Shown: positions 12,701-21,457, numbered from the stretch's first letter. The stretch is 31,494 nt of DNA from Kofleriaceae bacterium (GCA_046597055.1 JBKJLC010000209.1:1-31494); one strand, 5' to 3'. Notes: generated by a model not told the origin, from the sequence alone. A program made the numbers and translations.

Positions 12701-12808
12701 GCTTCGCTCGCGAGCGGTGCTGGTTGTCGGATCCGGCGTAGCCAGACCTCGCACCCGTCGCGTGACCCCGAGCACCCGGAGTCATTGCTGAAGCGCTCGC
12801 TTCGCTCG
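12701..12808. repeat. Intergenic REP/MITE-like structured element
   Basis: Nested inverted repeats GGTGC/GCACC, TGGTT/AGCCA and GTCGG/CCGGC. GCTTCGCTC occurs twice (12701, 12799). Motifs are shared with the 18897-19108 elements. Confidence 0.5.
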
Positions 12809-13063
12809 CTAGGCCTCGACGTACGCGCGAAGCTGCTCGCGCATGACCTCGTCGGACAGCGCGGCCTGGACCACCTCGAGCAGACAGTCGGCGAGGGCGA
12901 CCATCATGTCGTTGGGGCCCTTGTCGCGCGCGATCCGGGCGAGGAGCGCCTTGGTGTCGCGGCTCTCGTCACCAGCGAGAAGCTCTCGGACCTTCTCGGC
13001 CGTGAGGTCGCCCTGGAAGTCAACGAAGACATGGTCGCGAAGGTAAGCCACGAGCCGGTTCAT
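12809..13063 (-). CDS. Hypothetical helical protein (84 aa)
   Basis: Clean ORF with host-like codons and a promoter-like sequence directly upstream. Confidence 0.8.
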   Translation of the reverse strand: MNRLVAYLRDHVFVDFQGDLTAEKVRELLAGDESRDTKALLARIARDKGPNDMMVALADCLLEVVQAALSDEVMREQLRAYVEA

Positions 13064-13071
13064 CGTCGGCC

Positions 13072-13100
13072 GATGTACCTTACCGGGTTCGAGATTTCAA
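13072..13100 (-). promoter_or_regulatory. Sigma70-type promoter candidate, leaderless
   Basis: The minus strand reads TTGAAA-N17-TACATC-N8-ATG (13063). Confidence 0.55.
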
Positions 13101-13192
13101 GGCGCGGCGGCGGTCTGCGCACCACGCGCGCACGATGCGCGACGCGCCGCGGCCCTTGCCGGCCGCGCCTGCGACAGCCAGCATGGGACCCG

Positions 13193-15037
13193 ATGGCCCG
13201 GATCCTCATCACCGGCTTCTGCGCGGTCCCGGGCCCGACCCGCGCCGGCGTGCAGCTCCGGCATGTCGTGCGAGCGCTCACGGCCAGCCACACGGTCGAC
13301 CTGCTGGTCGTGCGCGAGGGCGATCAGGCGTACGTCGAGCGCCAGGGCAACGGCCGGCTGCTGCGGGTGCCGACCCACGACCACGACCTGCGCGCGCAGG
13401 TCCAGGCGTTCCAGCGCGCGCTGCGCCGCCAGCTCGAGGGCGCCGACTACGATGTCGTCCACTGCCGCGACGGCTGGAGCGGGCTGCCGGTGCTCGAGAG
13501 TCGCGAACGGTTCGGCTACGCGGTCGTCTTCGACCTGGCGCGCGCCCCGATGACCGAACGCCAGCACCTCGAGCCCGCGCTGGTCGCCGAGCTCGAGCGC
13601 GACGAGGAGACCTGCCTGCTCGAGGCCGACCTGGTCCTGGCGCCGACCGAGCCGGCCCGCCGCTACGCCCTGGCCCGGGGCCGACCCGACCGGGTCGTGC
13701 TGTCCCCGCCCGGGGTCGACGTCGACCGCTTCGACTGGGATGAACCGACCGACGACGGCCCTCCGGTGGTCCTCTACCTCGGGGCGATCGCGCCCGGTCA
13801 CGGCGTGCGCGTGGTGCTGCGCGCGATGGTCGACGTCGTGCGGGCGACCGCGGCCCGGCTGGTGCTGTGCGGGCCGATCGCGCCCGGCTTCGACAGCACC
13901 CTGCGCGCCGATATCGCCGAGCTCGGGCTGCGCTCGCGGGTCGAGATCCGGCCGCCGGTCGACCACGAGCAGGTGCCGGCGCTGATCGCGACCGCCGCGG
14001 TCTGCGTGGCGCCGTCGGCGGCCGAGCTGACCCCGCGACCGTACGTGCTCTATCCGACCAAGCTGCTCGAGTACATGGCGTGCCGGCGCGCGGTGGTCGC
14101 ACCGCGCCGGGGCACGGTCGCGATGTTGATCGATCACGGCCGCGAGGGCCTGCTGTTCCAGCCCGGCGATCCGGCCGATCTCGCCCGCAAGCTCGCCCGC
14201 CTGCTCGAGGACGGCGTCCTCCGCGACCGCATGGGCCAGTGCGGCTACGAGCGGGTCCGGCGCGAGTTCACCGCCTCGGCGGCCCGGCGCGCGATCCGCA
14301 AGGGTTACCAGCAGCTGGCCGACCGCCCCGAGTGGCGGGCCCGCTTCGTCGACGCGCCGAGCGGGAGCCACGAGCTCGAGCGGGTGGCCGGCGATCGGCG
14401 GGCGACCCCGGTCCCCGGCGACGGGCCCGACGACGACTTCGAGGCGACCGTCTACGAGGCGGCGCCGACCGGCGCGCGCAGGCCTTCGATCGACGTCGTG
14501 CTCGAGTCATCGCTGTCGGCGCTCGACGCCGCCCTGGTCACGCTCGACGCGGACGTCGACAGCAGCGACGATGTCGGCGACGACAGCGACCTGCAGCCGG
14601 TCCCGTCGTTCGCCGTCGACCGCGCCGGCCACGGCGACCCGACGCTGGAGCGCGCGCTCACCGCCGAGCCGCGCGCCGGCTCGCTGACCCCGTCGGGACC
14701 GCTGTCCGCCCGCTCGCGCCGGCGCGGTCCACGGCCGTCGCCATTCGAGCGCTCCAGCTGGCCGACCGCCGACGGCGGCGATGGCGATGGCGACCTCGGC
14801 CCGGTCCGCCAGCGCAGCGGCAAGGAGGCATGGATCGTCGTCCATACCCGCCGCGACCGCCACGACAACGAAAGCACGCCGGTCGACGTGGTCCCGATCG
14901 CGCCGGCCAGCGAGCCGAGCACGTTCGTCTCGGGCGAGATCGACGCGCCCACGCCAGCGCCCGAGCTGATCGACGATGAAGGCGTGTTCACCGCGGCCAG
15001 CTTGCTGCTGGGGGCCAAGCCGGACACCCAGCCCTGA
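13193..15037 (+). CDS. Glycosyltransferase family 4 (GT-B) with a long acidic, disordered C-terminal tail
   Basis: Motifs MARILITGF, YDVVHCRD, PPGVDVDRF, YPTKLLEYMACRRAVVA, GLLFQPGDPADLA and RVRREFT. Roughly 200 aa of D/E/S/P-rich sequence follow the fold. ATG at 13193. Confidence 0.9.
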   Translation: MARILITGFCAVPGPTRAGVQLRHVVRALTASHTVDLLVVREGDQAYVERQGNGRLLRVPTHDHDLRAQVQAFQRALRRQLEGADYDVVHCRDGWSGLPVLESRERFGYAVVFDLARAPMTERQHLEPALVAELERDEETCLLEADLVLAPTEPARRYALARGRPDRVVLSPPGVDVDRFDWDEPTDDGPPVVLYLGAIAPGHGVRVVLRAMVDVVRATAARLVLCGPIAPGFDSTLRADIAELGLRSRVEIRPPVDHEQVPALIATAAVCVAPSAAELTPRPYVLYPTKLLEYMACRRAVVAPRRGTVAMLIDHGREGLLFQPGDPADLARKLARLLEDGVLRDRMGQCGYERVRREFTASAARRAIRKGYQQLADRPEWRARFVDAPSGSHELERVAGDRRATPVPGDGPDDDFEATVYEAAPTGARRPSIDVVLESSLSALDAALVTLDADVDSSDDVGDDSDLQPVPSFAVDRAGHGDPTLERALTAEPRAGSLTPSGPLSARSRRRGPRPSPFERSSWPTADGGDGDGDLGPVRQRSGKEAWIVVHTRRDRHDNESTPVDVVPIAPASEPSTFVSGEIDAPTPAPELIDDEGVFTAASLLLGAKPDTQP

Positions 15038-15162
15038 CCCGGCCTCCTGGCCGGGCCGATGCCCCTTCGCCGCGCGCCGGCGCGGTGGCGCTGCTCCGTA
15101 CAGCTCGAGCCAGGCCCCCGGGCCGGGCCCGACCGATCAAAACTGCTGTAGAGTCGGCCCGC

Positions 15163-15708
15163 GTGATCCTCGCGGTGCTGGCCAACTTGGCGGTGGGACT
15201 CGTGTTCGCGTGGGCAGCCCGCGAGCGCTTGCGCGCCGATGGTCCGTTCGCCCCGCCCGCGTTCCTGCTGGTGCTCACCCATGTCGGCCTGGTCACCGCG
15301 CCGGTGACGCTCTATTTCTACGCGGCGCACCCGGACTGGTCGTGGCTGTACCTGGTCGATCCGGCCGGGGTGCCGACCCTGGCGATCGTGCCGCTGGTGG
15401 TCGCGCACGGCCTGTGCACCCTGGGTGGCTGGTACCTCGGCGGCCTGCTGGTGCGGCTCGACAAGCCGCGCGCCCTGATGTGGCTGGCGATCGGCGCGAC
15501 CGCCAGCTTCTTGCTCGGCGTTGGCCTGGCGCTGCCGCGGCTCCTGACCGCCACCACCTTCGCTGGCTGGCGCAAGGGCGTGACCGGCGGGCTGATGGGC
15601 GTGGAGCTCGGCTGGGCGCTGCTGGTGACGATCGCGGCCGCCGCGGGCGCGCTCGGCTACGTGCTGGTCGAGCTCCTCCGCGACAGTCGGCGCGTCCGAT
15701 CGCGCTGA
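15163..15708 (+). CDS. Hypothetical inner-membrane protein (about 5 TM)
   Basis: Five hydrophobic segments and an HPDWSWLY motif. GTG at 15163 has TAGAGT 8 nt upstream. Confidence 0.8.
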   Translation: MILAVLANLAVGLVFAWAARERLRADGPFAPPAFLLVLTHVGLVTAPVTLYFYAAHPDWSWLYLVDPAGVPTLAIVPLVVAHGLCTLGGWYLGGLLVRLDKPRALMWLAIGATASFLLGVGLALPRLLTATTFAGWRKGVTGGLMGVELGWALLVTIAAAAGALGYVLVELLRDSRRVRSR

Positions 15709-15755
15709 GCCGGTCGCGACGACGCGTGTGCGATGAATGCAACGTGCTGGAATTC

Positions 15756-15785
15756 TTGACCGTCTCGACGGCGCGGTGATACCAA
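15756..15785 (+). promoter_or_regulatory. Sigma70-type promoter candidate for the DUF4398/OmpA genes
   Basis: TTGACC (15756-15761), then N18 to TACCAA with TG at the extended -10 position, then N8 to ATG (15794). Confidence 0.5.
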
Positions 15786-15793
15786 CGAGCCAC

Positions 15794-16210
15794 ATGGCCG
15801 TTCCGGGGAAGCAGGTCGCGCTCTTGCTGGCGCTGTCATTGGGCACCGCCGGCGCGGGCTGCGGCCCGATCGGTTACGTCAGCCAGGTGACGCGCACCGC
15901 CGCGACCTCCGTCGAGGAAGCGCGGGCGCTCAACGCCGCGAAGTACGCGCCGTACTGGTGGACGCGCGCGGTCGAGTACCTGCACCAGGCGCGCGAGGAG
16001 GCGGCCCACGCCGACTTCGAGGCCGCCAACCGGTTCGGACGCCTCGCCAGCGAGGCCGCGGACCAGGCGAAGGCCGACGCGATCCGACGCGCCGCCGATC
16101 CCAAGCTGATGCAGGAGATCACGATCCCACCGCCGCTGCCGGCGCGCGGACAGGGCGGGCTCGCCCCCGCGATCGACGACCGCGACGCGCCGGGCGAGGG
16201 CACGCCGTGA
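15794..16210 (+). CDS. DUF4398-like helical lipoprotein
   Basis: Signal peptide with a GAGC lipobox. A..A.KYAPY.WTRA.EYL.QAREEA..ADFEAA matches the DUF4398-type pattern. Confidence 0.75.
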   Translation: MAVPGKQVALLLALSLGTAGAGCGPIGYVSQVTRTAATSVEEARALNAAKYAPYWWTRAVEYLHQAREEAAHADFEAANRFGRLASEAADQAKADAIRRAADPKLMQEITIPPPLPARGQGGLAPAIDDRDAPGEGTP

Positions 16211-17283
16211 TCCGGCGCGGGCTGATCATCGTCGCGCTCGTGGTCGCCGGCTGTGCCGGCTCGGCGGTGCGCGACCGCACCCGGACGGTCGATGGCCTCA
16301 TCACCACCGCGCGCGACAACGGCGCGCTGCGCTGTGCGCCGGTCGAGCTGGCGATGGCCGAGAGCCACAACGACTTCGCCAAGCAGGAGCTCGCCGAGGG
16401 TAACTACTACCCGGCGCGCCGCGAGATCGAGATCGCCGAGACCAACGCGCGGGCCGCGGTCGAGAAGTCGCCCCGGGACCGCTGCAATCCGGGCAACCGC
16501 CCGCCCGACGCCCCGCCGGCGATCGACACCGACGGCGACGGCATCTACGACGACGTCGACGAGTGCCCACGCGCGCCCGAGGACAAGGATGGCTTCGAGG
16601 ACGCCGACGGCTGTCCCGAGGACGATAACGACGCCGACGGCATCGCCGACAAGATCGACGACTGTCCCAACGACGCGGAGGACCGCGACGGCAACGAGGA
16701 CAGCGATGGCTGTCCCGACCCCGACAACGACCAGGACGGCATCGCCGACCGGGTCGATCAGTGCCCCGACCAGGCCGAGGACGCCGACGGCTTCGAGGAC
16801 GACGACGGCTGTCCCGACTGCGACGACGACCAGGACGGCTTCGCCGAGTGTCCGCAGCCGCTTGACAAGTGCCCCAAGGAAGCCGGCGTGGCACCCGACG
16901 GATGCCCGCAGAAGTACACGATGATCGTGGTCACCGAGACCAAGATCGAGCTCAAGCAGACGGTCTTCTTCGACACCCGCAAGGCGACGATCAAGAAGGT
17001 CAGCTTCCCGCTGCTCGACGAGGTCGCGCTCGCGCTGACCGACAACCCGACGATCAAGGTCCGCATCGAGGGCCACACCGACAGTCAGGGCACCGACAAG
17101 TTCAACCTGAAGCTGAGCCAGCAGCGCGCTGCGTCAGTCCGCAACTACCTGACCCGCAAGGGAGTCATGGCTGACCGGATGGTCGCGACCGGCTTCGGCG
17201 AGGGCGTGCCGATCGCCGACAACCGCACCGCCGACGGTCGAGCGCAGAACCGACGCGTCGAGTTCTTCATCACCTCGCGCTGA
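16207..17283 (+). CDS. OmpA-family lipoprotein with a DUF4398-like N-domain and thrombospondin type-3 (DxDxDG…CP) repeats
   Basis: VAGC lipobox, CAPVELAMAE, and repeated DxDxDGIxDxxDxCP / EDxDGFEDxDGCP units. OmpA_C motifs IEGHTD, NLKLSQQRA and NRRVEF. The GTG start overlaps the upstream TGA. Confidence 0.93.
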   Translation: MIRRGLIIVALVVAGCAGSAVRDRTRTVDGLITTARDNGALRCAPVELAMAESHNDFAKQELAEGNYYPARREIEIAETNARAAVEKSPRDRCNPGNRPPDAPPAIDTDGDGIYDDVDECPRAPEDKDGFEDADGCPEDDNDADGIADKIDDCPNDAEDRDGNEDSDGCPDPDNDQDGIADRVDQCPDQAEDADGFEDDDGCPDCDDDQDGFAECPQPLDKCPKEAGVAPDGCPQKYTMIVVTETKIELKQTVFFDTRKATIKKVSFPLLDEVALALTDNPTIKVRIEGHTDSQGTDKFNLKLSQQRAASVRNYLTRKGVMADRMVATGFGEGVPIADNRTADGRAQNRRVEFFITSR

Positions 17284-17410
17284 AGAGAGACCGCCCGGGC
17301 CGCGGTGATTCGATCGACTCACAGCCGTGGCGAGCGGGCGTTAGCACATGTCCTGGGGCGCGGGAGCGGAAGTCCACAAAACTCAGGTTCGCTGTGCTAT
17401 CCACGCCGCC

Positions 17411-18862
17411 ATGCGGTCCCTGGCTCGCCGGTTCTCCTTCACCGCCGCGCTCGTCGCGGCCAGCGTCTCGATCGTCGGAGCCGTCGCCGGGCCGCTGGCC
17501 TATGCCGACGCGAAGTCCAAAAAGGACATCGAGCAGAAGGTCAAGGAGGCGATGGAGAACTACGACCTCCTCGAGTACGAGGAGGCTCGCAAGATCCTCA
17601 ATCAGGCGCTGACCATCGCCAAGAAGGCGAAGATGGAGAACGACCCGGCGACCGCCAAGGTCCACCTCCGCCTCGGGATCGTCTACTTCGCCGGCTTGCA
17701 GGATGCCGAGAGCGCCAAGCTCTCCTTCCTCAATGCGGTCGAGGTCGACAAGAACGTCCAGCTCGACAAGGCGTACTCGACGCCCGAGATGGCCAAGCTG
17801 CTCGAGGAGGCCAAGGCCGAGGCGGGCGGCGCCGGCGGCAGCGAGCCGGTCGAGGCCGGCGGCGGCGGTGACGCCGGGGTCGACTGCGCGTCGGTCGAGG
17901 GCCTGCAGCACAACATCGTCGACAGCGCCCGGAGCGGCGGCGAGCTGAGCATGCAGGCGATGGTCGGCGCCGATGTCGAGCCGGCCAAGGTCGTCATCAT
18001 GTTCCGCGCGCGCGGCGCGACCGACTTCTCCGAGGCGAAGATGACCGCCAGCGGGTGCACCTACAAGGGTGCGATTCCCCGGACGGCGCTGTCCGGCGAC
18101 CTGCTTCATTACTACATCGCCGCGTACAACGCGGGCGGCAAGGTGATCGCGTCCAGGGGCTCGGCCGGCTCGCCCAACATCATCGAGGTCACCGGCGGTG
18201 GCGGCAGCCGCTCGGGCGACGAGGAAGACCCGCTGGGCGGCGGCGGCGGCGGTGGCAGCGGCGGCAGCGGCAGCGGCAGCGGTGACGTCGGCGGTTCGGT
18301 CGAGGTCCGTAACGGGTCGCGCAAGGTCTTCATCACCATCGCCGGCGGCTCGGGTGGCGGCTACGTGACCGGCAAGACCGAGCAGGAGCTCAACGACGTG
18401 AAGTGCTGCTTCGCGCCGCAGCTCGTGCACCTGTCGCCGGAGATCGGCTACTTCATCAATTCGACCACGGCGCTCTCGCTCGGCGGCCGCATCGGCTTTC
18501 CGATCGGCGCCAACCGCATGGGCCACGCCACCGCGGCCCCGGCCGGCCTCCTGCGCGTCCGCAAGATGCTGGCCGAGGGCGGCGGCGGCCTGAACGTCTC
18601 CGGCGCGATCGGCGGCGGCATCATCCGCAACACGATCAAGCTCGACGGCCAGCCCGAGGACATGGACACCGACATCGTCGCGATCGGCCCGCTGCTCGTC
18701 GGCGCCAGCGCCGGCTATCAGGCCTCCCTCGGCGCCGGCCTGTCCCTGGTCGCCGAGCTCGGCGCCCTCGCGGGCGTCCCGGTGGTCAAGGAGCTGGGCA
18801 GCTCGCGCCTGAACTTCGGGGTCCAGTTCGATCTGAACTTGGGCATCCAGATCGGCTTTTAA
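17411..18862 (+). CDS. Exported protein: TPR-like helices, Ig-like domain, Gly/Ser linker and a probable C-terminal outer-membrane beta-barrel
   Basis: Signal peptide ending AYA, then the TPR-like AKVHLRLGIVYFAG…A.LSF..A and the beta-sandwich-like YKGAIP…LHYYIAA. A GGGGGGGSGGSGSGSG linker precedes amphipathic strands ending LNLGIQIGF (terminal Phe). Confidence 0.75.
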   Translation: MRSLARRFSFTAALVAASVSIVGAVAGPLAYADAKSKKDIEQKVKEAMENYDLLEYEEARKILNQALTIAKKAKMENDPATAKVHLRLGIVYFAGLQDAESAKLSFLNAVEVDKNVQLDKAYSTPEMAKLLEEAKAEAGGAGGSEPVEAGGGGDAGVDCASVEGLQHNIVDSARSGGELSMQAMVGADVEPAKVVIMFRARGATDFSEAKMTASGCTYKGAIPRTALSGDLLHYYIAAYNAGGKVIASRGSAGSPNIIEVTGGGGSRSGDEEDPLGGGGGGGSGGSGSGSGDVGGSVEVRNGSRKVFITIAGGSGGGYVTGKTEQELNDVKCCFAPQLVHLSPEIGYFINSTTALSLGGRIGFPIGANRMGHATAAPAGLLRVRKMLAEGGGGLNVSGAIGGGIIRNTIKLDGQPEDMDTDIVAIGPLLVGASAGYQASLGAGLSLVAELGALAGVPVVKELGSSRLNFGVQFDLNLGIQIGF

Positions 18863-18896
18863 GTAGGGCACCCCGGGGGCGCCAGGGCGCCGGGGC

Positions 18897-18930
18897 CCTT
18901 CGACTCCGCGCTTCGCTCAGGGCGAGCGGA
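18897..18930. repeat. REP-like palindromic unit
   Basis: CCCTTCGACTCCGCGCTTCGCTCAGGGCGAGCGG lies between convergent genes, with a CGCTC/GAGCG stem. It resembles the CCCTTCGAC…GCTCAGGG…GAGCGG type of repeat (from recall, not searched). Confidence 0.55.
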
Positions 18931-18982
18931 GACGGGGCATCGCCTGCGCAAACCGGGCTCGCTGGGAAGTTGGGACGTTCTC

Positions 18983-19108
18983 GCGGAACCGCGCGAGGAG
19001 CCCGGGATGCGAGGCGACGGTGGGGCCCCGACGAGGAGCGACCGTCTGGTCGTGCGAAGGTTGGGGGGGACCGGCAACGAAGCAGACCGGGCCCGCAGCC
19101 GGTTCCGC
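18983..19108. repeat. 126-bp MITE-like rod hairpin with 9-bp terminal inverted repeats
   Basis: GCGGAACCG (18983-18991) pairs with CGGTTCCGC (19100-19108). Nested stems: GCCCGG/CCGGGC, TGC/GCA, CGGT/ACCG, CCCCGAC/GTTGGGG and CGACC/GGTCG. Confidence 0.7.
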
Positions 19109-20607
19109 TACTTGACGTGGCGGAGCGGATGCAAGGCCAGGTGGATCTCGCCGGCCGTGACCTCGCAGGTGGGCGGTGACGGCGTCATGACCACGGCGAC
19201 TTCGACCGTCGCGCCGCCACCCTCGGCCAGGTAGATGACGCGTTTGAGCGCGACCCGGCGGGCGTGGGTGAGCTGGAGGTCGGGGAGCAGCGTCGGGTAG
19301 ACCTCGAGCATGCCGGAGTCGCGCAGCTCGATGCCGGCGACGTCGCCGGCACAGCCGAGGAACTCGAGGAAGGCCTGGTTGGCGACCCGGACCCGGCCGG
19401 TGACGTCGACCGACGCCATCGGGATCGGCGCCGACACGAACACCTCGTAGGCGCCCTTGGTGCGGTGGTCGTGCTCGCGGCGCTCGCGGCCGGTGTCGCT
19501 GCCGCTGCTGGGGCCGGGCCGCCGACGCGCGGTCTCCATGCCGAGCATGTTCATGAGCGTCCGCAGCTCGTACATGAACGCGGCGACGTCGACGTGGCGA
19601 TCGGCGGGGTTCTTGCTGGTCGCCTTGGCGACGATCTCGTCGGCGCGCGCGTCGAGCGGCTCGTCGATCAGCGTGCTCGGCAGCGGGATCTCCGCCTTGA
19701 GCTGCTGCTCGAAGACGACGTCGACGGTGCCGGTGAACGGCAGCTTGCCGGTGAGCAGCTCGAAGAACACGATGCCGAGCGCGTACATGTCCGAGGCGAT
19801 CGTCGCCCCCCCACCCTGGATCCGCTCGGGTGCGAGGTATTCGGGCGTGCCGTCGACCTCACCGACGCCGCGGCCGAGGTCGGGCCGCGACAGGCCGAAG
19901 TCGAGCAGCTTCACGCCCCGGCGCTGGGCCGGCCCGCGCACGAGGAAGATGTTCTCGCTCTTGATGTCGCCGTGGATGATCGCGCGGCCGTGGATGTAGC
20001 GCAGCGCTTCGCACACGCCCCACATGATGTCGCACGCGACCTTGGGCGCGATCCGACCGCCCTGGCGCAGCTTGCCGTGCATGGTCTGGCCGTCGAGCAG
20101 CTCCATCACCATGAACAGCCCGAACTGCGCGTCCTGGCCGAAGTCGACGATCGAACAGACGTTGTCGTGGCTGCACGCCGAGGCGAGCCGGGCCTCGCGA
20201 TAGAACATCTCGCGGATGCGCGCGTTGCTCGCGATCGGCGCCTTGATCAGCTTCAGCGCGAACGCCTTGCCGAGCACCTGGTGGCGGACTCGCATGACCC
20301 GGCCCATGCCGCCACGGCCGAGCTGACCCTCGACGACGTAGCGGCCGCCGATGAGGTCGCCCTGGCGCGCGCCGCGCGGGCGGTCGACCGGGGCGTCGCT
20401 GATCGGCAGCGCCGGCTCGGCCAGCTCGCCCAGCTCGCCCAGCTCGGAGCGCATGTCGGTCACGCGCCGGCGCGGCACCGACGGGGCCAGGCCCAGATCC
20501 ACGGGCAAAGGCGTGAGCCCCATCCCGAGCACGCTCAACGTCAGCGACGGGAGCAGCGTCTCGTGGCCGTCCCGATCATCGTCGTGGTCGTCGCCAGCCT
20601 CGGACAT
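19108..20607 (-). CDS. Hanks-type Ser/Thr protein kinase with a C-terminal PAS-like domain
   Basis: Motifs LGRGGMGRV, ALK, FYREA, IHGDIKSEN, KLLDFG, GTPEYLAPE and SDMYALG. The C-terminal FVSAPIPMASVDVTGRVRVANQAFLEFLG is a PAS signature. No TM segment. ATG at 20607. Confidence 0.93.
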   Translation of the reverse strand: MSEAGDDHDDDRDGHETLLPSLTLSVLGMGLTPLPVDLGLAPSVPRRRVTDMRSELGELGELAEPALPISDAPVDRPRGARQGDLIGGRYVVEGQLGRGGMGRVMRVRHQVLGKAFALKLIKAPIASNARIREMFYREARLASACSHDNVCSIVDFGQDAQFGLFMVMELLDGQTMHGKLRQGGRIAPKVACDIMWGVCEALRYIHGRAIIHGDIKSENIFLVRGPAQRRGVKLLDFGLSRPDLGRGVGEVDGTPEYLAPERIQGGGATIASDMYALGIVFFELLTGKLPFTGTVDVVFEQQLKAEIPLPSTLIDEPLDARADEIVAKATSKNPADRHVDVAAFMYELRTLMNMLGMETARRRPGPSSGSDTGRERREHDHRTKGAYEVFVSAPIPMASVDVTGRVRVANQAFLEFLGCAGDVAGIELRDSGMLEVYPTLLPDLQLTHARRVALKRVIYLAEGGGATVEVAVVMTPSPPTCEVTAGEIHLALHPLRHVK

Positions 20608-20651
20608 CGGCGGGTCCCCAGATACTACCCGAAATCTGCTAAGCAACAGGC

Positions 20652-20969
20652 GTGGATGAGACGACCTTCGACACGGTAGCGCATGACGAGATGACCTACC
20701 TCGAGGAGCGGCTCGGCGAGCTCGACCCCGACGACGTCGAGGTGTCGACCTCGGCCGGGGTCCTCCGGCTCGAGCTGCGCGATGGAACCAAGGTGGTCAT
20801 CAACAGCCACCGCGCGGCCCGCCAGATCTGGATGGCGGCGGTGTCGACCGCGTGGCATTTCGACCCGATCGGCGAGGGCCGCTGGGTCGCGAGCCGGACC
20901 GGCGAGGAGCTGCGCCCGACCGTGAGCCGCCTGCTGCGTGAGCGGGTCGGAGTCGAGGTCGCGCTGTAG
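20652..20969 (+). CDS. cyaY: Frataxin-like iron donor CyaY
   Basis: Acidic N-terminal helix, GVLRLEL.DG.KVVINSHRAARQIWMAA and WHF; 105 aa. Confidence 0.92.
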   Translation: MDETTFDTVAHDEMTYLEERLGELDPDDVEVSTSAGVLRLELRDGTKVVINSHRAARQIWMAAVSTAWHFDPIGEGRWVASRTGEELRPTVSRLLRERVGVEVAL

Positions 20970-20982
20970 TAGTCTCGCGGTC

Positions 20983-21354
20983 ATGGGCGACCCGCCGATC
21001 CTGACCGTGGTTCGCATCTGGGCGTCGATGGCGTGGGCCGATGGGGTGCTCGCCGACTCCGAAGCCAGCGCGCTGCGGCGCCTGATCGAGACCGCCGGCC
21101 TCGACGGCGAGGCCCAGGCGACCGCCCGCACCTGGCTCGAGGCGCCGGTCGATCTCGACGAGACCGGGCTGGCCGAGCTGTCGGCCGAGGCCCGCACCGG
21201 CATCTACCGCGCGGCCTGCCGGATCGCCGCGGTCGATCAGGCGGTGTCTGACCGCGAGCGTTCGCTCCTGTCGCGCCTGCGCGCCGCGCTCGCGCTCGAC
21301 GCCGACCAGGTCCGCGCGATCGAGGCCGGCATCCCCGGCCTCCCGGTCTCCTAG
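20983..21354 (+). CDS. TerB-like (tellurite resistance B fold) protein
   Basis: Duplicated motif MAWADG.L..SE / IAAVDQ.VS.RER..L.RL…L.L. ATG at 20983. Confidence 0.8.
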   Translation: MGDPPILTVVRIWASMAWADGVLADSEASALRRLIETAGLDGEAQATARTWLEAPVDLDETGLAELSAEARTGIYRAACRIAAVDQAVSDRERSLLSRLRAALALDADQVRAIEAGIPGLPVS

Positions 21355-21435
21355 CCGAGCGCAGGCGAGGCATGTCTCCACGCCGTTCCGATCGGGTCCC
21401 GCCTCCGGGCCGGGGCCGACCGATGGATAGGGAGG

Positions 21436-21457
21436 CTGGGATTCGCGCGAATCCCAG
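21436..21457. promoter_or_regulatory. Perfect 22-bp palindrome upstream of the hydrolase gene
   Basis: CTGGGATTCGC|GCGAATCCCAG. Its function is not known. Confidence 0.5.

Noticed and set aside
16207..17283. Calling the OmpA/TSP3 protein TraB
   Set aside because: It is a lipoprotein with no N-terminal beta-barrel, and no TraA-like gene is adjacent.
18236..18283. GGC/GGCAGC repeats as a contingency locus
   Set aside because: They are in-frame triplet and hexamer units encoding an ordinary Gly/Ser linker.
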